Source: Pacificibacter sp. (GTDB taxonomy: Bacteria; Pseudomonadota; Alphaproteobacteria; Rhodobacterales; Rhodobacteraceae). From it: a stretch of 64,000 nt of DNA. Of this stretch, positions 1 through 9,919 are shown piece after piece (the stretch's first letter is position 1; each line of letters begins with the position of its first letter). The notes below the pieces were generated by a model that made no database searches, was not told the DNA's origin, and saw nothing but the letters and a program-made list of their open reading frames with translations. Both the position numbers and the translations under genes were made by a program. Location of the stretch: NCBI RefSeq assembly GCF_039769035.1, contig NZ_JBDMZG010000023.1, positions 4,429 through 68,428 of the forward strand. Reading direction: 5' to 3'.

Positions 1-241
1 CTTCCAGCTCGTCAAACCCATCCAAAAGCGGCTCGCACATTGCAAGATAGGTGACGCCTGCGTCGGTCATGGACACATTGCGCGTCGTGCGGTTCAACAG
101 TTGAACGTCAAGGGACTCTTCCAGATCGGCAACATATTTACTGACCAGCCGGGCTGATCTGCCCATGCGGTGGGCGGCTACTGTGAATGATGCGTTCTTT
201 GCAACCAAAGCAAAGGCCCGCATGCGATCAATTTTGTCCAT
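1..241 (-). CDS. LysR-family transcriptional regulator (5' part; runs off window start)
   Basis: Manual translation from ATG at 241: MDKIDRMRAFALVAKNASFTVAAHRMGRSARLVSKYVADLEESLDVQLLNRTTRNVSMTDAG, a LysR HTH with the LLNRTTR motif; divergent from the GST gene. Confidence 0.9.
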   Translation of the reverse strand, partial: MDKIDRMRAFALVAKNASFTVAAHRMGRSARLVSKYVADLEESLDVQLLNRTTRNVSMTDAGVTYLAMCEPLLDGFDELE

Positions 242-352
242 GATGATTGCGCCCTCTCTGGGCTTAAAGTTCGCCTAATTCTGTCAATTATAACGAGTGA
301 CTGCAAGTGGTATCCGTATCCCAAGATATTTTACCCAAGCAGGAGCCGTCAC

Positions 353-979
353 ATGTCTAGCGCCGTTCGTATTCATCATTTTCCAAAATCCGGTCATGCG
401 CATCGCGCTTTGGTCTTTGCCAAGCTGGCGGGGATCGCCCATGAGGCGGTATTTGTTGACCTTGCCGCTGGCGCTCATAAGTCTGCCGATTTTCTGGCGA
501 TGAACCCAAACGGACAGGTGCCTGTGTTGGAAGATGGGGACACAGTTGTTTCAGATTCAAACGCCATTTTGGTGTATCTGGCGCGAAAATACGCCCCTGG
601 ATGGATGCCAGACGATGCAGCGAGCATGGCAAACATTCAGCGGTGGTTGACGCTCGCAGCGGGTGAGGTTGCCTTTGGAACCTGCGCTGCGCGGCTGATT
701 ACGGTGTTTGGAGCGCCGCTGGATGCGGATTTTGCAAAAGCCACTGCAAACAAGGCGCTTCAGAAATTGGAACAAGGTTTGGAAGGACGCGACTGGCTTG
801 TCGGTGACAAACCCAGCATCGCGGATGTTGCGACCTACTCCTATACAGCCCATGCGCCCGAGGGGAACGTATCGCTTGCGCTTTATCCGAATGTACAAGC
901 TTGGCTTGCGCGTTTTGAGGCTTTGCCAGGATTTGAGCCAATGCCAGCAACCGCCGTCGGCCTCGTAGCAGAAAGATAG
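353..979 (+). CDS. Glutathione S-transferase family protein
   Basis: SGHAHR N-terminus, NPNGQVPVLED, DSNAILVYLA and SIADVA motifs. Confidence 0.92.
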   Translation: MSSAVRIHHFPKSGHAHRALVFAKLAGIAHEAVFVDLAAGAHKSADFLAMNPNGQVPVLEDGDTVVSDSNAILVYLARKYAPGWMPDDAASMANIQRWLTLAAGEVAFGTCAARLITVFGAPLDADFAKATANKALQKLEQGLEGRDWLVGDKPSIADVATYSYTAHAPEGNVSLALYPNVQAWLARFEALPGFEPMPATAVGLVAER

Positions 980-988
980 GGTATTGAA

Positions 989-1465
989 ATGAAATTTGAA
1001 AATCCACGTCATCCCGTGCCCCCGTTCACACGGGAAACCGCCATTGAAAAAGTTCGCCTTGCCGAAGATGGCTGGAATGGTCGCAATCCAGCCAAGGTTG
1101 CAGGTGCCTATACCCCCGATAGCAAATGGCGCAATCGCGCCGAGTTTCCGCAAGGTCGTGTCCAGATCGAAGAGTTCCTGACCAGAAAATGGGCAAAAGA
1201 ACTCGACTATCGCCTGATCAAGGAACTTTGGGCCTATGACAGCAATCGTATCGCGGTGCGATATGCCTATGAATACCACGATGACAGCGGCAATTGGTTT
1301 CGCGCCTATGGCAACGAAAACTGGGAGTTTGACGAAAACGGGTACATGGAGCGCCGCTTTGCGAGCATCAACGAACACCCGATCCAAGAGACCGACAGAA
1401 AGTTTCGTTGGGCGCTCGGACGCCGGCCTGATGATCACCCAAGTCTGAGCGATCTCGGTCTCTAG
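989..1465 (+). CDS. DUF1348 / NTF2 (SnoaL-like) protein
   Basis: [36 protein letters not shown] and YGNENWEFD are typical of DUF1348. Confidence 0.88.
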   Translation: MKFENPRHPVPPFTRETAIEKVRLAEDGWNGRNPAKVAGAYTPDSKWRNRAEFPQGRVQIEEFLTRKWAKELDYRLIKELWAYDSNRIAVRYAYEYHDDSGNWFRAYGNENWEFDENGYMERRFASINEHPIQETDRKFRWALGRRPDDHPSLSDLGL

Positions 1466-1534
1466 TTCAATCAGGCGCAATGTCGGAGCAGCTCTTGCGA
1501 GGCAACCTTGTCACAAGAGTAGAAGGATCAAGCA

Positions 1535-3478
1535 ATGTCGCAGTCACATAAATCACACCGAGGTGAGCTGGTATTGCAAGAACGACGCAATACACCAAAA
1601 GAGCTTATTGACGCCATTCCGGGCTATATCCGCCGTGATATGCCAGTGCAGCACGCGGATTTCTTTGCGGATTTACCTTACCTGCCTCTGGCCACGCTTG
1701 ATCGGGACGGGCGCCCTTGGGTCAGCCTTTTGGTGACCGCGTCAAGCACTGACCCAAACGTCGGCATCAACGTACGCGGTGGGAATGTTACAGACATCAT
1801 TGCCGAGACAACGCCAAATGATCCCTTCGCGCGCGCGCTTGGACACAGGCCCGCGTCGGCGGGTGAAAAACGGTTTTTTGCAGGTGTCGGGGTCGATTTC
1901 AACAACCGGCGGCGCAATAAAATAGCCGGTACGATCGAAGCGGCCAACGTTGATGAAAAAGGGAAGGTGGAGCTCCGGCTCCGGTCCGACCAGCACCTTG
2001 GAAATTGCCCGAAATACATAACCGTGCGCGCGCTAGAGTATATGAAACGCGCGGGTGAATTGGTTCACGATAGTTTTGACACTGCCACGTCCATCCTGCC
2101 CGCCGACGCCAAAGCCGTTGTCGGCCGCGCAAGTACGGTGTTTCTGGCGACGAAACACGTGGCTGGAGACACGACTTTGGGCGCGCAGACTGACATGGGG
2201 GTGAACCATCGCGGCGGTGCTCCCGGTTTCACGCGCGTCTACGAAGAAAATGATGGCGATCAAATCACGACCTATCTGGTGTTGCCTGACCATTCCGGAA
2301 ATCGATTTTACCAGTCCCTGGGCAATATTGAGACCGACCCCCAAGTTGGTCTTATGTTCCCAGATTTCACAACGGGCGATGTTCTGTATATCACGGGTGA
2401 GGCCAAGAACTTAACCGGCCAAGACGTCGAGGCGCTCATGCCGCGGGTTGAGCTATTGACGCGTATCAAGGTGACTGGTGCGGTCTTTGTAAAACATGGT
2501 CTCAATCTGAGGCTAACCTCCGAGGAACAGCTCTCGCCGTATAATCCGCCGGTAAAATACCTGCGGCATGAATTGGATCAGATGGGGCAGACCGCGGTTG
2601 ACGTTGGCACAACGGCCACGCTTATCTCAACCAAAACGCTATCTGACAGTATCACGACCTTCAACTTTCAACTCTCGTCGCCGACGGATCTGCCATTGCC
2701 CGGAGGGTTTGGGATTTTCGATTTCTCACGCATTCTGGATCTTGGGTACAACCATATGTACGAGGCCAATCCGCAACTGGTGAACGAAGACTATGTACGC
2801 ACTTGGACGCTTTCGAGTGCGAGTGATTTTGATGCACAGTACAGTCTGTTCCGCGCCTCGGATCAAGTGAGCGTGACGGTCAAACGCAAAAAGAGTGGCT
2901 TGATCTCCAATCTGTTGCATGACAATGCCGATACATTGATCGCGCAAAACCTGCCGGTTACGTTCAAAGGCACGGGGGCGGGGTTCTCATGTTTTTCGCA
3001 CTCTGATGAGTCCGCGAAACCACATCTTCCTGCGCAGATGCTTTGGATCGCTGGCGGTGCTGGTATCACGCCCTTCATGGCGATGTGGGACGGTATCCTT
3101 AAGATGGCAAAGGCGCACCCAAGCAAGGTGAAAACCGATATCGTTCTTATGTTTGCGGGACGTGATGATGACGTAAATGTCTTGGCGGAATTTGCCGCAC
3201 AACAAAGCGAACTTGCCCCGAATGTGACACTTCGTATCCATGCATTTCAAAGCAGGCAGAACGCGTCGTCAGTCCCACAATTGACCCAGAAGAACACACC
3301 AGCCGTGCCCGTCAAGCAGCGTCGTATGGAGTTCGGTGACATCCAATCGGTGTCAGACCTCATGGCCCGCGAGATCTTCTTGTGCGGACCCGATGCTTTG
3401 ATGAACTGGAGTGAAACAAGCCTTACGGACCTTGGGATTGCACAGACGCGAATACACCGCGAATCCTTTGTTTTTTGA
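1535..3478 (+). CDS. Pyridoxamine-5'-phosphate-oxidase-like / FAD-NAD(P)H ferredoxin-reductase-type fusion oxidoreductase
   Basis: N-terminal HRGELVLQER, GNCPKYI, NHRGGAPGF and PDHSGNRFYQSLGNI; C-terminal RTWTLSS, IAGGAGITPF and FLCGP..IHRESF FNR motifs. Confidence 0.8.
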   Translation: MSQSHKSHRGELVLQERRNTPKELIDAIPGYIRRDMPVQHADFFADLPYLPLATLDRDGRPWVSLLVTASSTDPNVGINVRGGNVTDIIAETTPNDPFARALGHRPASAGEKRFFAGVGVDFNNRRRNKIAGTIEAANVDEKGKVELRLRSDQHLGNCPKYITVRALEYMKRAGELVHDSFDTATSILPADAKAVVGRASTVFLATKHVAGDTTLGAQTDMGVNHRGGAPGFTRVYEENDGDQITTYLVLPDHSGNRFYQSLGNIETDPQVGLMFPDFTTGDVLYITGEAKNLTGQDVEALMPRVELLTRIKVTGAVFVKHGLNLRLTSEEQLSPYNPPVKYLRHELDQMGQTAVDVGTTATLISTKTLSDSITTFNFQLSSPTDLPLPGGFGIFDFSRILDLGYNHMYEANPQLVNEDYVRTWTLSSASDFDAQYSLFRASDQVSVTVKRKKSGLISNLLHDNADTLIAQNLPVTFKGTGAGFSCFSHSDESAKPHLPAQMLWIAGGAGITPFMAMWDGILKMAKAHPSKVKTDIVLMFAGRDDDVNVLAEFAAQQSELAPNVTLRIHAFQSRQNASSVPQLTQKNTPAVPVKQRRMEFGDIQSVSDLMAREIFLCGPDALMNWSETSLTDLGIAQTRIHRESFVF

Positions 3479-3619
3479 TTGTGGGCATTCGTTTGCCTTG
3501 CGTCGGTCCGTAAGGAAGCCCCACGTCCCCTAGGTGTATCTTAAGTCCGCAACAGGCGACACGATAACACGGTGTCACCCGTTGCGGTTGGCACCGTATT
3601 TTCCCTATTGACTGCGCAC

Positions 3620-3635
3620 CCTACCTATTGGTAGG
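3620..3635. promoter_or_regulatory. Palindromic operator CCTACC-N4-GGTAGG, probable TetR site
   Basis: Perfect 6-bp inverted repeat just downstream of TTGACT (3608-3613), 50 bp upstream of the cupin gene. Confidence 0.55.
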
Positions 3636-3685
3636 TAAGGCTGAGCGGTTGATCTAGCCGGACAAGATAAAAAGGACTTGAGATA

Positions 3686-4354
3686 ATGGAGCTGAACGCT
3701 GACTTTGCAGTACGAACACTTGTCCAGTCGGAGCAAATCGATTGGGTTTCGTCTCCTGTGCCAGGAGTGGAGCGCCGCATGCTTGACCGTATCGGGGGCG
3801 AGGTTGCGCGCGCGACAACCATCGTGCGCTTTGCCGCCGACAGCAAGTTTTCGGAACATACCCATACCGGTGGCGAAGAATACATAGTGCTGGATGGCGT
3901 CTTCCAAGATCAATATGGTGATTTTCCCGCAGGCACTTATGTGCGCAATCCGCCAACCACATCTCACGCCCCAAGTTCAGACCTTGGATGCACGGTCTTT
4001 GTGAAGCTGTGGCAGTTTGACATGGACGACCGCAGCCAGTTTCGCAAGAACATGGCAGAAGAACTTGGTGCGCCAATAGATGGTGTGGCAACGGCGCAGC
4101 TTCATCGCGACGATCGCGAAGTGGTCACCTATCATCATCTCGATGCTGGGGCATCCATGACCAATGGCGATGCTGGTGGGATCGAGATGTTGGTGATCAG
4201 CGGTTCAGTCACGGAAAACGGTGCCGAACTTGGCAAAGGCGCTTGGTTGCGTTTGCCTGATGGCGAAAACCTGACCGTGGTCGCAGGCCAAGATGGTGCG
4301 AAACTCTGGATTAAAACTGGGCATTTGATCCACGCAAAACCACCGGCCGTGTGA
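3686..4354 (+). CDS. ChrR-like cupin domain protein
   Basis: [36 protein letters not shown] and [12 protein letters not shown] motifs. Confidence 0.88.
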   Translation: MELNADFAVRTLVQSEQIDWVSSPVPGVERRMLDRIGGEVARATTIVRFAADSKFSEHTHTGGEEYIVLDGVFQDQYGDFPAGTYVRNPPTTSHAPSSDLGCTVFVKLWQFDMDDRSQFRKNMAEELGAPIDGVATAQLHRDDREVVTYHHLDAGASMTNGDAGGIEMLVISGSVTENGAELGKGAWLRLPDGENLTVVAGQDGAKLWIKTGHLIHAKPPAV

Positions 4355-4421
4355 TCCCGATGCCAGGAATGAGTGCAAAACCCGCCTCTTCGCGCGCGCG
4401 ATACCCGAAGGGGTATTACCT

Positions 4422-5495
4422 ATGACGACGCTGATTGTCGGTGGTGGCCTGTCCGGCCTTGCCCTCGCGGATGCCCTGCACGCAAAGGGTAGAGATTTCG
4501 TTTTGGTCGAAGCGCGCGCGCGCCTTGGCGGTCGTATAAAAACCGATACCTATGCGGGTGGAGCGTTTGACCTTGGACCGGCTTGGTTTTGGCCCGGGCA
4601 GCCACGTATCGCGTGCCTGATTGAACGCTTGAAACTTGCGAAATTCGACCAATTCGCAGACGGCGATTTGATGTATGAAAATGAACGGGGGCACGTACAG
4701 CGCGGCCGTGGGTTTTCCTCTATGCAAGGCTCTTGGAGGCTTGCAGGCGGTCTGGGTGCGTCGATCGACGCTCTGGCGGATGGCCTACCACAGGATCGTA
4801 TCCGCATGGGCACCGAAGTGACCGAACTAAAAAAGACAGAAGCCGGCATCGTGGCCACCTTTCGCACGGGTGAATTTGCGGTGTTCGACCGTGTGGTTTT
4901 GTGTTTGCCGCCACGTGTGGCGACCAATATTAAATTCTTGCCCGGCTTGCCCAGTGTCGCCACGAGGGCATTGGAAAAAACCCCCACATGGATGGCCGGT
5001 CAAGCGAAGGCGGTTGCCATTTATGATACACCATTTTGGCGCAACGCCGGCTTATCTGGAGATGCACAAAGCCGGTTTGGCCCCATGGTTGAAATACATG
5101 ATGCCTCACCCGAACATGGCGGGCCATACGCATTGTTCGGGTTTATTGGAGTGCCGCCAAAAGTACGCACAGACGTACAGATGTTGCGCCAGAACATTCA
5201 GGTACAACTCGGGCGACTGTTTGGGCCATTCGGGGCAAAGCCGAGACATCTGTTTGTAAAAGACTGGGCCTTTGACCCGTTTACGGCAACCGAGGCGGAT
5301 TTGGCCCCTTTACATGCCCATCCGTCTTATGGAATGCCGCGCTCGCTTGTCGGGCTTTGGGATGACCAGCTGCTGTTTTGTGGCACCGAAATGGCTCCCC
5401 AATTTGGCGGATATATCGAAGGGGCTTTGGAATCGGCCGAAAACGCATTGCGAACGTTGGACATTAAGATGGGTGGTCAAAATTCCGACTGTTGA
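4422..5495 (+). CDS. Flavin monoamine oxidase family protein
   Basis: IVGGGLSGL dinucleotide fold, EARARLGGRI, DLGPAWFW, GTE...GGYIEGAL. Confidence 0.85.
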   Translation: MTTLIVGGGLSGLALADALHAKGRDFVLVEARARLGGRIKTDTYAGGAFDLGPAWFWPGQPRIACLIERLKLAKFDQFADGDLMYENERGHVQRGRGFSSMQGSWRLAGGLGASIDALADGLPQDRIRMGTEVTELKKTEAGIVATFRTGEFAVFDRVVLCLPPRVATNIKFLPGLPSVATRALEKTPTWMAGQAKAVAIYDTPFWRNAGLSGDAQSRFGPMVEIHDASPEHGGPYALFGFIGVPPKVRTDVQMLRQNIQVQLGRLFGPFGAKPRHLFVKDWAFDPFTATEADLAPLHAHPSYGMPRSLVGLWDDQLLFCGTEMAPQFGGYIEGALESAENALRTLDIKMGGQNSDC

Positions 5496-5945
5496 CACAA
5501 AATCGCTTTGACAAATTCCGCCGAGCATGCCGCACGAACAATGGGTTTCGATGATTTTGGCTATGCCGATTTTGCTGCGGATGTCGGCATCCGCAAAGCA
5601 AGTATTCGCCACCGTTTCCCGTCCAATGCCAGGTAACCGGTGGCTTTGATGCCATTTGCGCGTTAATATAGGTCAGAACACTGCGACAGGTAGCCAAAAA
5701 TTGTTGGGACTGATTGGTCGGTATCGAGACAGCAAACAGCTTGCCTTCGTACATCGTTTTCTGCCAGTCATCATAGCCTTCCTGCCGAGGTGCTGACTTA
5801 GCAGCCAATTCCGCGCGATGATCATGACGTGGCTGAACGATATTGGCAATTACGGGACAATCTTAGAGGTTATCGAGCCTCCCTAGAGGCGGTAGCGACA
5901 CTTTCGATGCTAGAAGGGGGGGGCGGATCGCCGCACGCGGCGAAG
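5496..5945 (+). pseudogene. Degraded TetR/AcrR (NemR-like) regulator
   Basis: Frames read AEHAARTMGFDDFGYADFAADVGIRKASIRHRFP*, then LIGRYRD, CLRTSFSASHHSLPAEVLT*, QFRAMIMTWL and ATLSMLEG; several stops and frameshifts, no start. Confidence 0.75.
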
Positions 5946-6015
5946 AAAACCCGTGTTTGTTGGAAGGTGTCGCTAAATCTCTAGGTATACACATTTCGTA
6001 TAGGGGACTGGGGGC

Positions 6016-6852
6016 CTAGGCTGGCTTTGATCGGATTGGAAACCGCTGAAGCGCACTATGGGCCAGTTTTTTCGTGGGTTTTGCGTGGCCTGCTGAGTGC
6101 CACAGTTCCAAACCAACGGGTTTGCCAGACGATGTCCGCGCCCCGATCACATCTTCACCACGTTCAATGTTGCCAAAATAGTGCACACGCCGGCACCGCA
6201 CGGGGGCCCATTCTTTGGAGTTTTCGAGGCAGCGTTCAACTTGATCGAAAAAACGCGTAAAGCTTGGGAAATAGAGCAGCCCCACAGCGTTGAAATCAGT
6301 CCCCACACAGGGGTGTATCAGGACGTTCTTCTCCCATGTTTTGTCTTGGGCGCGGCAGGCACGGGCCGTTTGGCTTGTTTGCGCGGCAAATGCATCCGGC
6401 GCAGGATCAAGCACCGGAACCAAGTAGGGCATTGTGCGACAGATGCTCGAATTAAGGCCATCTTTCTCGTGGCACACAAATGTGGAAATCAACCGAAAGC
6501 GCGCAACAATGACATTGCCGACCATAAGGACATGGTTGGATTGAAGGCGGCTTCTGCCGGCCGCCCACAGTATGGAATTCACTTCTAAGACATCTCCCAA
6601 ACCGATGTGATCAGGATTGAGTTGGGCAAACTCGGTCGCACAAAAGGCCGCATAGACTTGCCGCCCAGAGGCATCTTTGAACACAGTTGTGGTTTGACCG
6701 AGGGAAGCGGCAATCAATTGCCAATGCACATCGCCAAGATGGCGCAGCCACCATTCTTCCGCCAGTCCACGCAACCCTAGCTGCGCCATGCCTAGAGTAT
6801 GGGTTGCACGGTGGCTGATGTGTTTTTGCGCGCTTGTGGGCTGTGCAATCAT
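6016..6852 (-). CDS. Pnap_2097/LnmK-like double hot-dog-fold protein
   Basis: LGMAQLGLRGLAEEWWLRHLGDVHW, VYAAF, DFNAVGLLYFPSF and RRVHYFGNI; ATGA-coupled to nitH. Confidence 0.7.
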   Translation of the reverse strand: MIAQPTSAQKHISHRATHTLGMAQLGLRGLAEEWWLRHLGDVHWQLIAASLGQTTTVFKDASGRQVYAAFCATEFAQLNPDHIGLGDVLEVNSILWAAGRSRLQSNHVLMVGNVIVARFRLISTFVCHEKDGLNSSICRTMPYLVPVLDPAPDAFAAQTSQTARACRAQDKTWEKNVLIHPCVGTDFNAVGLLYFPSFTRFFDQVERCLENSKEWAPVRCRRVHYFGNIERGEDVIGARTSSGKPVGLELWHSAGHAKPTKKLAHSALQRFPIRSKPA

Positions 6853-8105
6853 GATGCTTCGCGCATCTTGCTTTTTTGTCGTGCTGAAATCACGTCAACC
6901 AAGTATCTGGAGTCTTCATTAATCCCCAAAAATCGGCCGGATCCCCATGTGTTCAACCATCCTAGACCGATGAAATAGAACCCGTCTTCTTCACACACGC
7001 CGCGCCTGTAAACAGGACGCCCCAGATCGTCGAAGACATCGACGTCGATCCACCCATAGTTCGGGCGAAACCCGATCGCCCAAAGGATTGAAGTGATGCC
7101 GAGGGCCTCGCAATCAATGTGAGTGATCTCTTGTTCTGGACGCCAAACCTTTTCAAATTCCGGCTCTACAGGGGCATCGATATTGTTCCTCTCAATGTAG
7201 CCGTCAATGGCCGTACAAATGCCAAGATAGCTTTCATCCGCGTCATCCAGGTTCTTTTCCAAGTCTGGCAGAAATTGAATACTTTTGTCGTCCATGCCGC
7301 TGACCGAGCCATACAAAGACACTCCATCGCGGGCAAATTTGCGCAGATCAATTTCGTGTCCGCCGTCACGTCCAGTCATATAGTGATTGGTCTTCGATAC
7401 CGCGTGTTCAGGGTTTGGGTGTTTATCGATTGTGATGTCGTAGTGGCCCAAATCATACATCCAATCGGTCGCGTCTCGTCCTCGGTACATCCGAGGCGAG
7501 CGTGGTGCAGGGCCCACAGCGAGATGAACGTCGCGGCCAGCGAGGTGCAAATCCTCCATCAGCTGAACCCCCGATTGCCCCGTGCCAACCACAAGGGTTG
7601 CGCCCTCGGGCATTTGGCTTGGGCGGCGGTAGTCTACCGAATGCATTTGCATGATCGAGGGATCGAGGTCGGCCGCATAGGGCGGGACAATCGGGTTGTC
7701 ATAACCACCGGTGGCAATCACGACTTGGTCGGTCGAATAGTTACCCATGGACGTGTCAACAAGGTATCCGCCTTCGGGCCGTTTTGTGATCCGTGTCACT
7801 TCGCAATCTTCAACAATTGGCGGATTGAACGTCTGTGCAAAGGCATCCAGATAATTCGCAATCTCGTCCTTTACCATAAACCCACCAGGGTCATTTCCTG
7901 CATAAGGGAAATCAGGTAAACGGCATTGCCAATTGGGCGTGACCAGACAAAAAGTATCCCACCGATTGACCCGCCACGAATGGAATTTCTTCCGACGTTC
8001 CAAGATAACATGGTCGATGTTTTCCTGTGTTAGATAGTAACTTACCGACAGGCCGGCCTGACCACCGCCGACAACGACGATAGATTTATATTCGCGATGG
8101 TTCAT
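6849..8105 (-). CDS. nitH: MSMEG_0569-family flavin-dependent oxidoreductase (Nit1C NitH)
   Basis: VVGGGQAGL, RWDTFCLVTPNWQCRLP, VGTGQSGVQ and WLNTWGSGRF; position in Nit1C gene order; start moved to the ATG behind AAGGA. Confidence 0.85.
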   Translation of the reverse strand: MNHREYKSIVVVGGGQAGLSVSYYLTQENIDHVILERRKKFHSWRVNRWDTFCLVTPNWQCRLPDFPYAGNDPGGFMVKDEIANYLDAFAQTFNPPIVEDCEVTRITKRPEGGYLVDTSMGNYSTDQVVIATGGYDNPIVPPYAADLDPSIMQMHSVDYRRPSQMPEGATLVVGTGQSGVQLMEDLHLAGRDVHLAVGPAPRSPRMYRGRDATDWMYDLGHYDITIDKHPNPEHAVSKTNHYMTGRDGGHEIDLRKFARDGVSLYGSVSGMDDKSIQFLPDLEKNLDDADESYLGICTAIDGYIERNNIDAPVEPEFEKVWRPEQEITHIDCEALGITSILWAIGFRPNYGWIDVDVFDDLGRPVYRRGVCEEDGFYFIGLGWLNTWGSGRFLGINEDSRYLVDVISARQKSKMREAS

Positions 8106-8116
8106 GGATGTATTCC

Positions 8117-8395
8117 TTAGGTGATCGACAGGCATGTAACGTTGTCGGCTGCAGAAAAAGCGCGCGCGGCGTTTTCGATTTTTTCCAATTGTGCGTCCGC
8201 ACTCGTGCAGCGATACCCAAACTTGGCCTCTACGCGTGTGCTGGCTTCTTCTAATGCCAAGCGGCTCTGAGATAGAAAGTCACTCAGTGTATATGTGGTC
8301 CCCGCAGCTAGGAAATCTCGAATAACGGTCGATGGTGAGTAGCAGTCTTCGGTCTGACCATCAGGCCATTGAATGGTAAAACGTGCTTCAGGCAT
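8117..8395 (-). CDS. nitG: MSMEG_0570-family small protein (Nit1C NitG)
   Basis: MPEARFTIQWPDG..CYSPSTV..ASTRVEAKFGYRCTSA. Confidence 0.85.
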   Translation of the reverse strand: MPEARFTIQWPDGQTEDCYSPSTVIRDFLAAGTTYTLSDFLSQSRLALEEASTRVEAKFGYRCTSADAQLEKIENAARAFSAADNVTCLSIT

Positions 8396-9371
8396 GGTGG
8401 GGTCCTCTTGCTGTTAAATTCAAATAAGGGGTGCGTTCATGATCCCAGAATACGGCGGTTTCTTCGCGTCCTGAGAGCTGCACAGCGCTGCCATCGTTGA
8501 TGTCTCCGCAGGCTGCGGCGGAAACCCCTCGGGCGACAAATGCTTGGCAAATAGCCTCGACATTCTCTGGTCTTGCGCTGAGCAAAAAGCCGAAACTTGG
8601 GAAGCTGCGAAGCCAGCGATCTAGTGCAACCTCCGCTGGGCGCGGCACTGCATCGACTTGAATGTCGATGCCAACACCGGAGGCTTCAGCCAGCATCAGT
8701 GCAGTGCCAACGATGCCGCCTTGGCTTATGTCTTTGCCTGAATGTACAAGGTTACTGTTTGCCAGTTTAGGCAAAATATCCATAGTAGTCCGAAGCGTTT
8801 GAGGAGCTGCGGTCAGGGCTGCGTTCCAGTTGTCGAAGGGCTCTCGGTAGCTGCCTCGTAAATCTACCGCGCAGATCAGAACGTCACCGGGCTGGGCGGT
8901 AAAGCTTGAAATGACATTTGTCGCATGCCCAAGAATGGACACCGAAAGCTGTAATTCATCCGTATGGAGATTGGTGTGTCCGCCCACAATTGGCACGCCA
9001 TATGCCAGAGATGCGGCTTTCATTCCCGCAAGGACAGGCTGCGCTTTATCGGCGCTTGGGGCCCAAATCGCGTTGGTGACCGCCTTTGGGTGACCGCCCA
9101 TAGATAGAATATCCGAAATGTTCACCATCACGCCGCACCACCCTGCAAACCACGGATCGGCCTGTACGAAAGCGTTGATGAACCCTTCGCAGGCGAATAA
9201 ATCGTAACCGTCTTGGGTCGGCAAAACGGCGCAATCATCGCCTGGTTGGCCCGCGCTGTCAGAGGTCAAACCAAGTGTTGCGGTGCTTTGGGCGATGTCG
9301 AGCTTGCTGCGGATGGACGGATGGTCACGCAGCGTACGCGCGATCTGGCGAAGGGACTGCTGAGTTCTCAT
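8388..9371 (-). CDS. nitF: sll0787-family AIR-synthase-related protein (Nit1C NitF)
   Basis: GDDCAVLP, PWFAGWCGVMVNISDI, PIVGGHTN, KDISQGG and WLRSFPSFGF. Confidence 0.88.
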   Translation of the reverse strand: MRTQQSLRQIARTLRDHPSIRSKLDIAQSTATLGLTSDSAGQPGDDCAVLPTQDGYDLFACEGFINAFVQADPWFAGWCGVMVNISDILSMGGHPKAVTNAIWAPSADKAQPVLAGMKAASLAYGVPIVGGHTNLHTDELQLSVSILGHATNVISSFTAQPGDVLICAVDLRGSYREPFDNWNAALTAAPQTLRTTMDILPKLANSNLVHSGKDISQGGIVGTALMLAEASGVGIDIQVDAVPRPAEVALDRWLRSFPSFGFLLSARPENVEAICQAFVARGVSAAACGDINDGSAVQLSGREETAVFWDHERTPYLNLTARGPHHA

Positions 9372-9919
9372 GCGCTGCGCTTTCGGTGCGGGGAAAGGGA
9401 TTTCCAGCCGACGAATGGGTCCGTGATCGCAGGGTAGGCGTTAAGGTCGGCCTCCATCTCCATGTGGGGGACGCCGTGGACGTTCACCTCTTGCAAGGGG
9501 GTCCAGTGGAGGCGTTTAAAGAGGCGCACGTTTTGCATCTGAACCTGCGCAAGAAACCTGTCGCAGCCACGCCCATGTGCGGTGCAAACCGCCAACCGAA
9601 TGAGTTCGGCGCCAAGGCGCCCCATGCGTCGATGGCTTTCAGTCACCGCCAAACGCGAACCGCGCCACAACCGCGGTGCCTCTTCGTGAATGCGCACGGT
9701 GCCGACCACTTGATCCGCCTCAGACGCAAGCGTGCTTATGGCCGCGAGCGGCATGGCAATCGCGTCAATCGCGTCGCGGTCATGGTCTTTGAAAATGCCT
9801 TGTTCATCGACAAAGACTTGACGGCGCAGGGCCTCAACGCCGTTAAGTTCCCAAGGTTTGGCCGCCGCGCGGATAATAAAATCGGGTGAGAGAAAAATGC
9901 GGGGGTTCTGAAAACTCAT
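9368..9919 (-). CDS. nitE: MSMEG_0567/sll0786-family GNAT acetyltransferase (Nit1C NitE)
   Basis: LRRQVFVDEQGIF, VVGTVRIHE, WRGSRLAV and FLAQVQMQNV; ATGA overlap with nitD. Confidence 0.88.
   Translation of the reverse strand: MSFQNPRIFLSPDFIIRAAAKPWELNGVEALRRQVFVDEQGIFKDHDRDAIDAIAMPLAAISTLASEADQVVGTVRIHEEAPRLWRGSRLAVTESHRRMGRLGAELIRLAVCTAHGRGCDRFLAQVQMQNVRLFKRLHWTPLQEVNVHGVPHMEMEADLNAYPAITDPFVGWKSLSPHRKRSA

Noticed and set aside
557-1480. 307-aa minus-strand ORF, and similar long antisense ORFs (7119-7919, 26043-26747, 41750-42382)
   Set aside because: They overlap well-supported genes on the opposite strand, as expected from GC-biased codon usage
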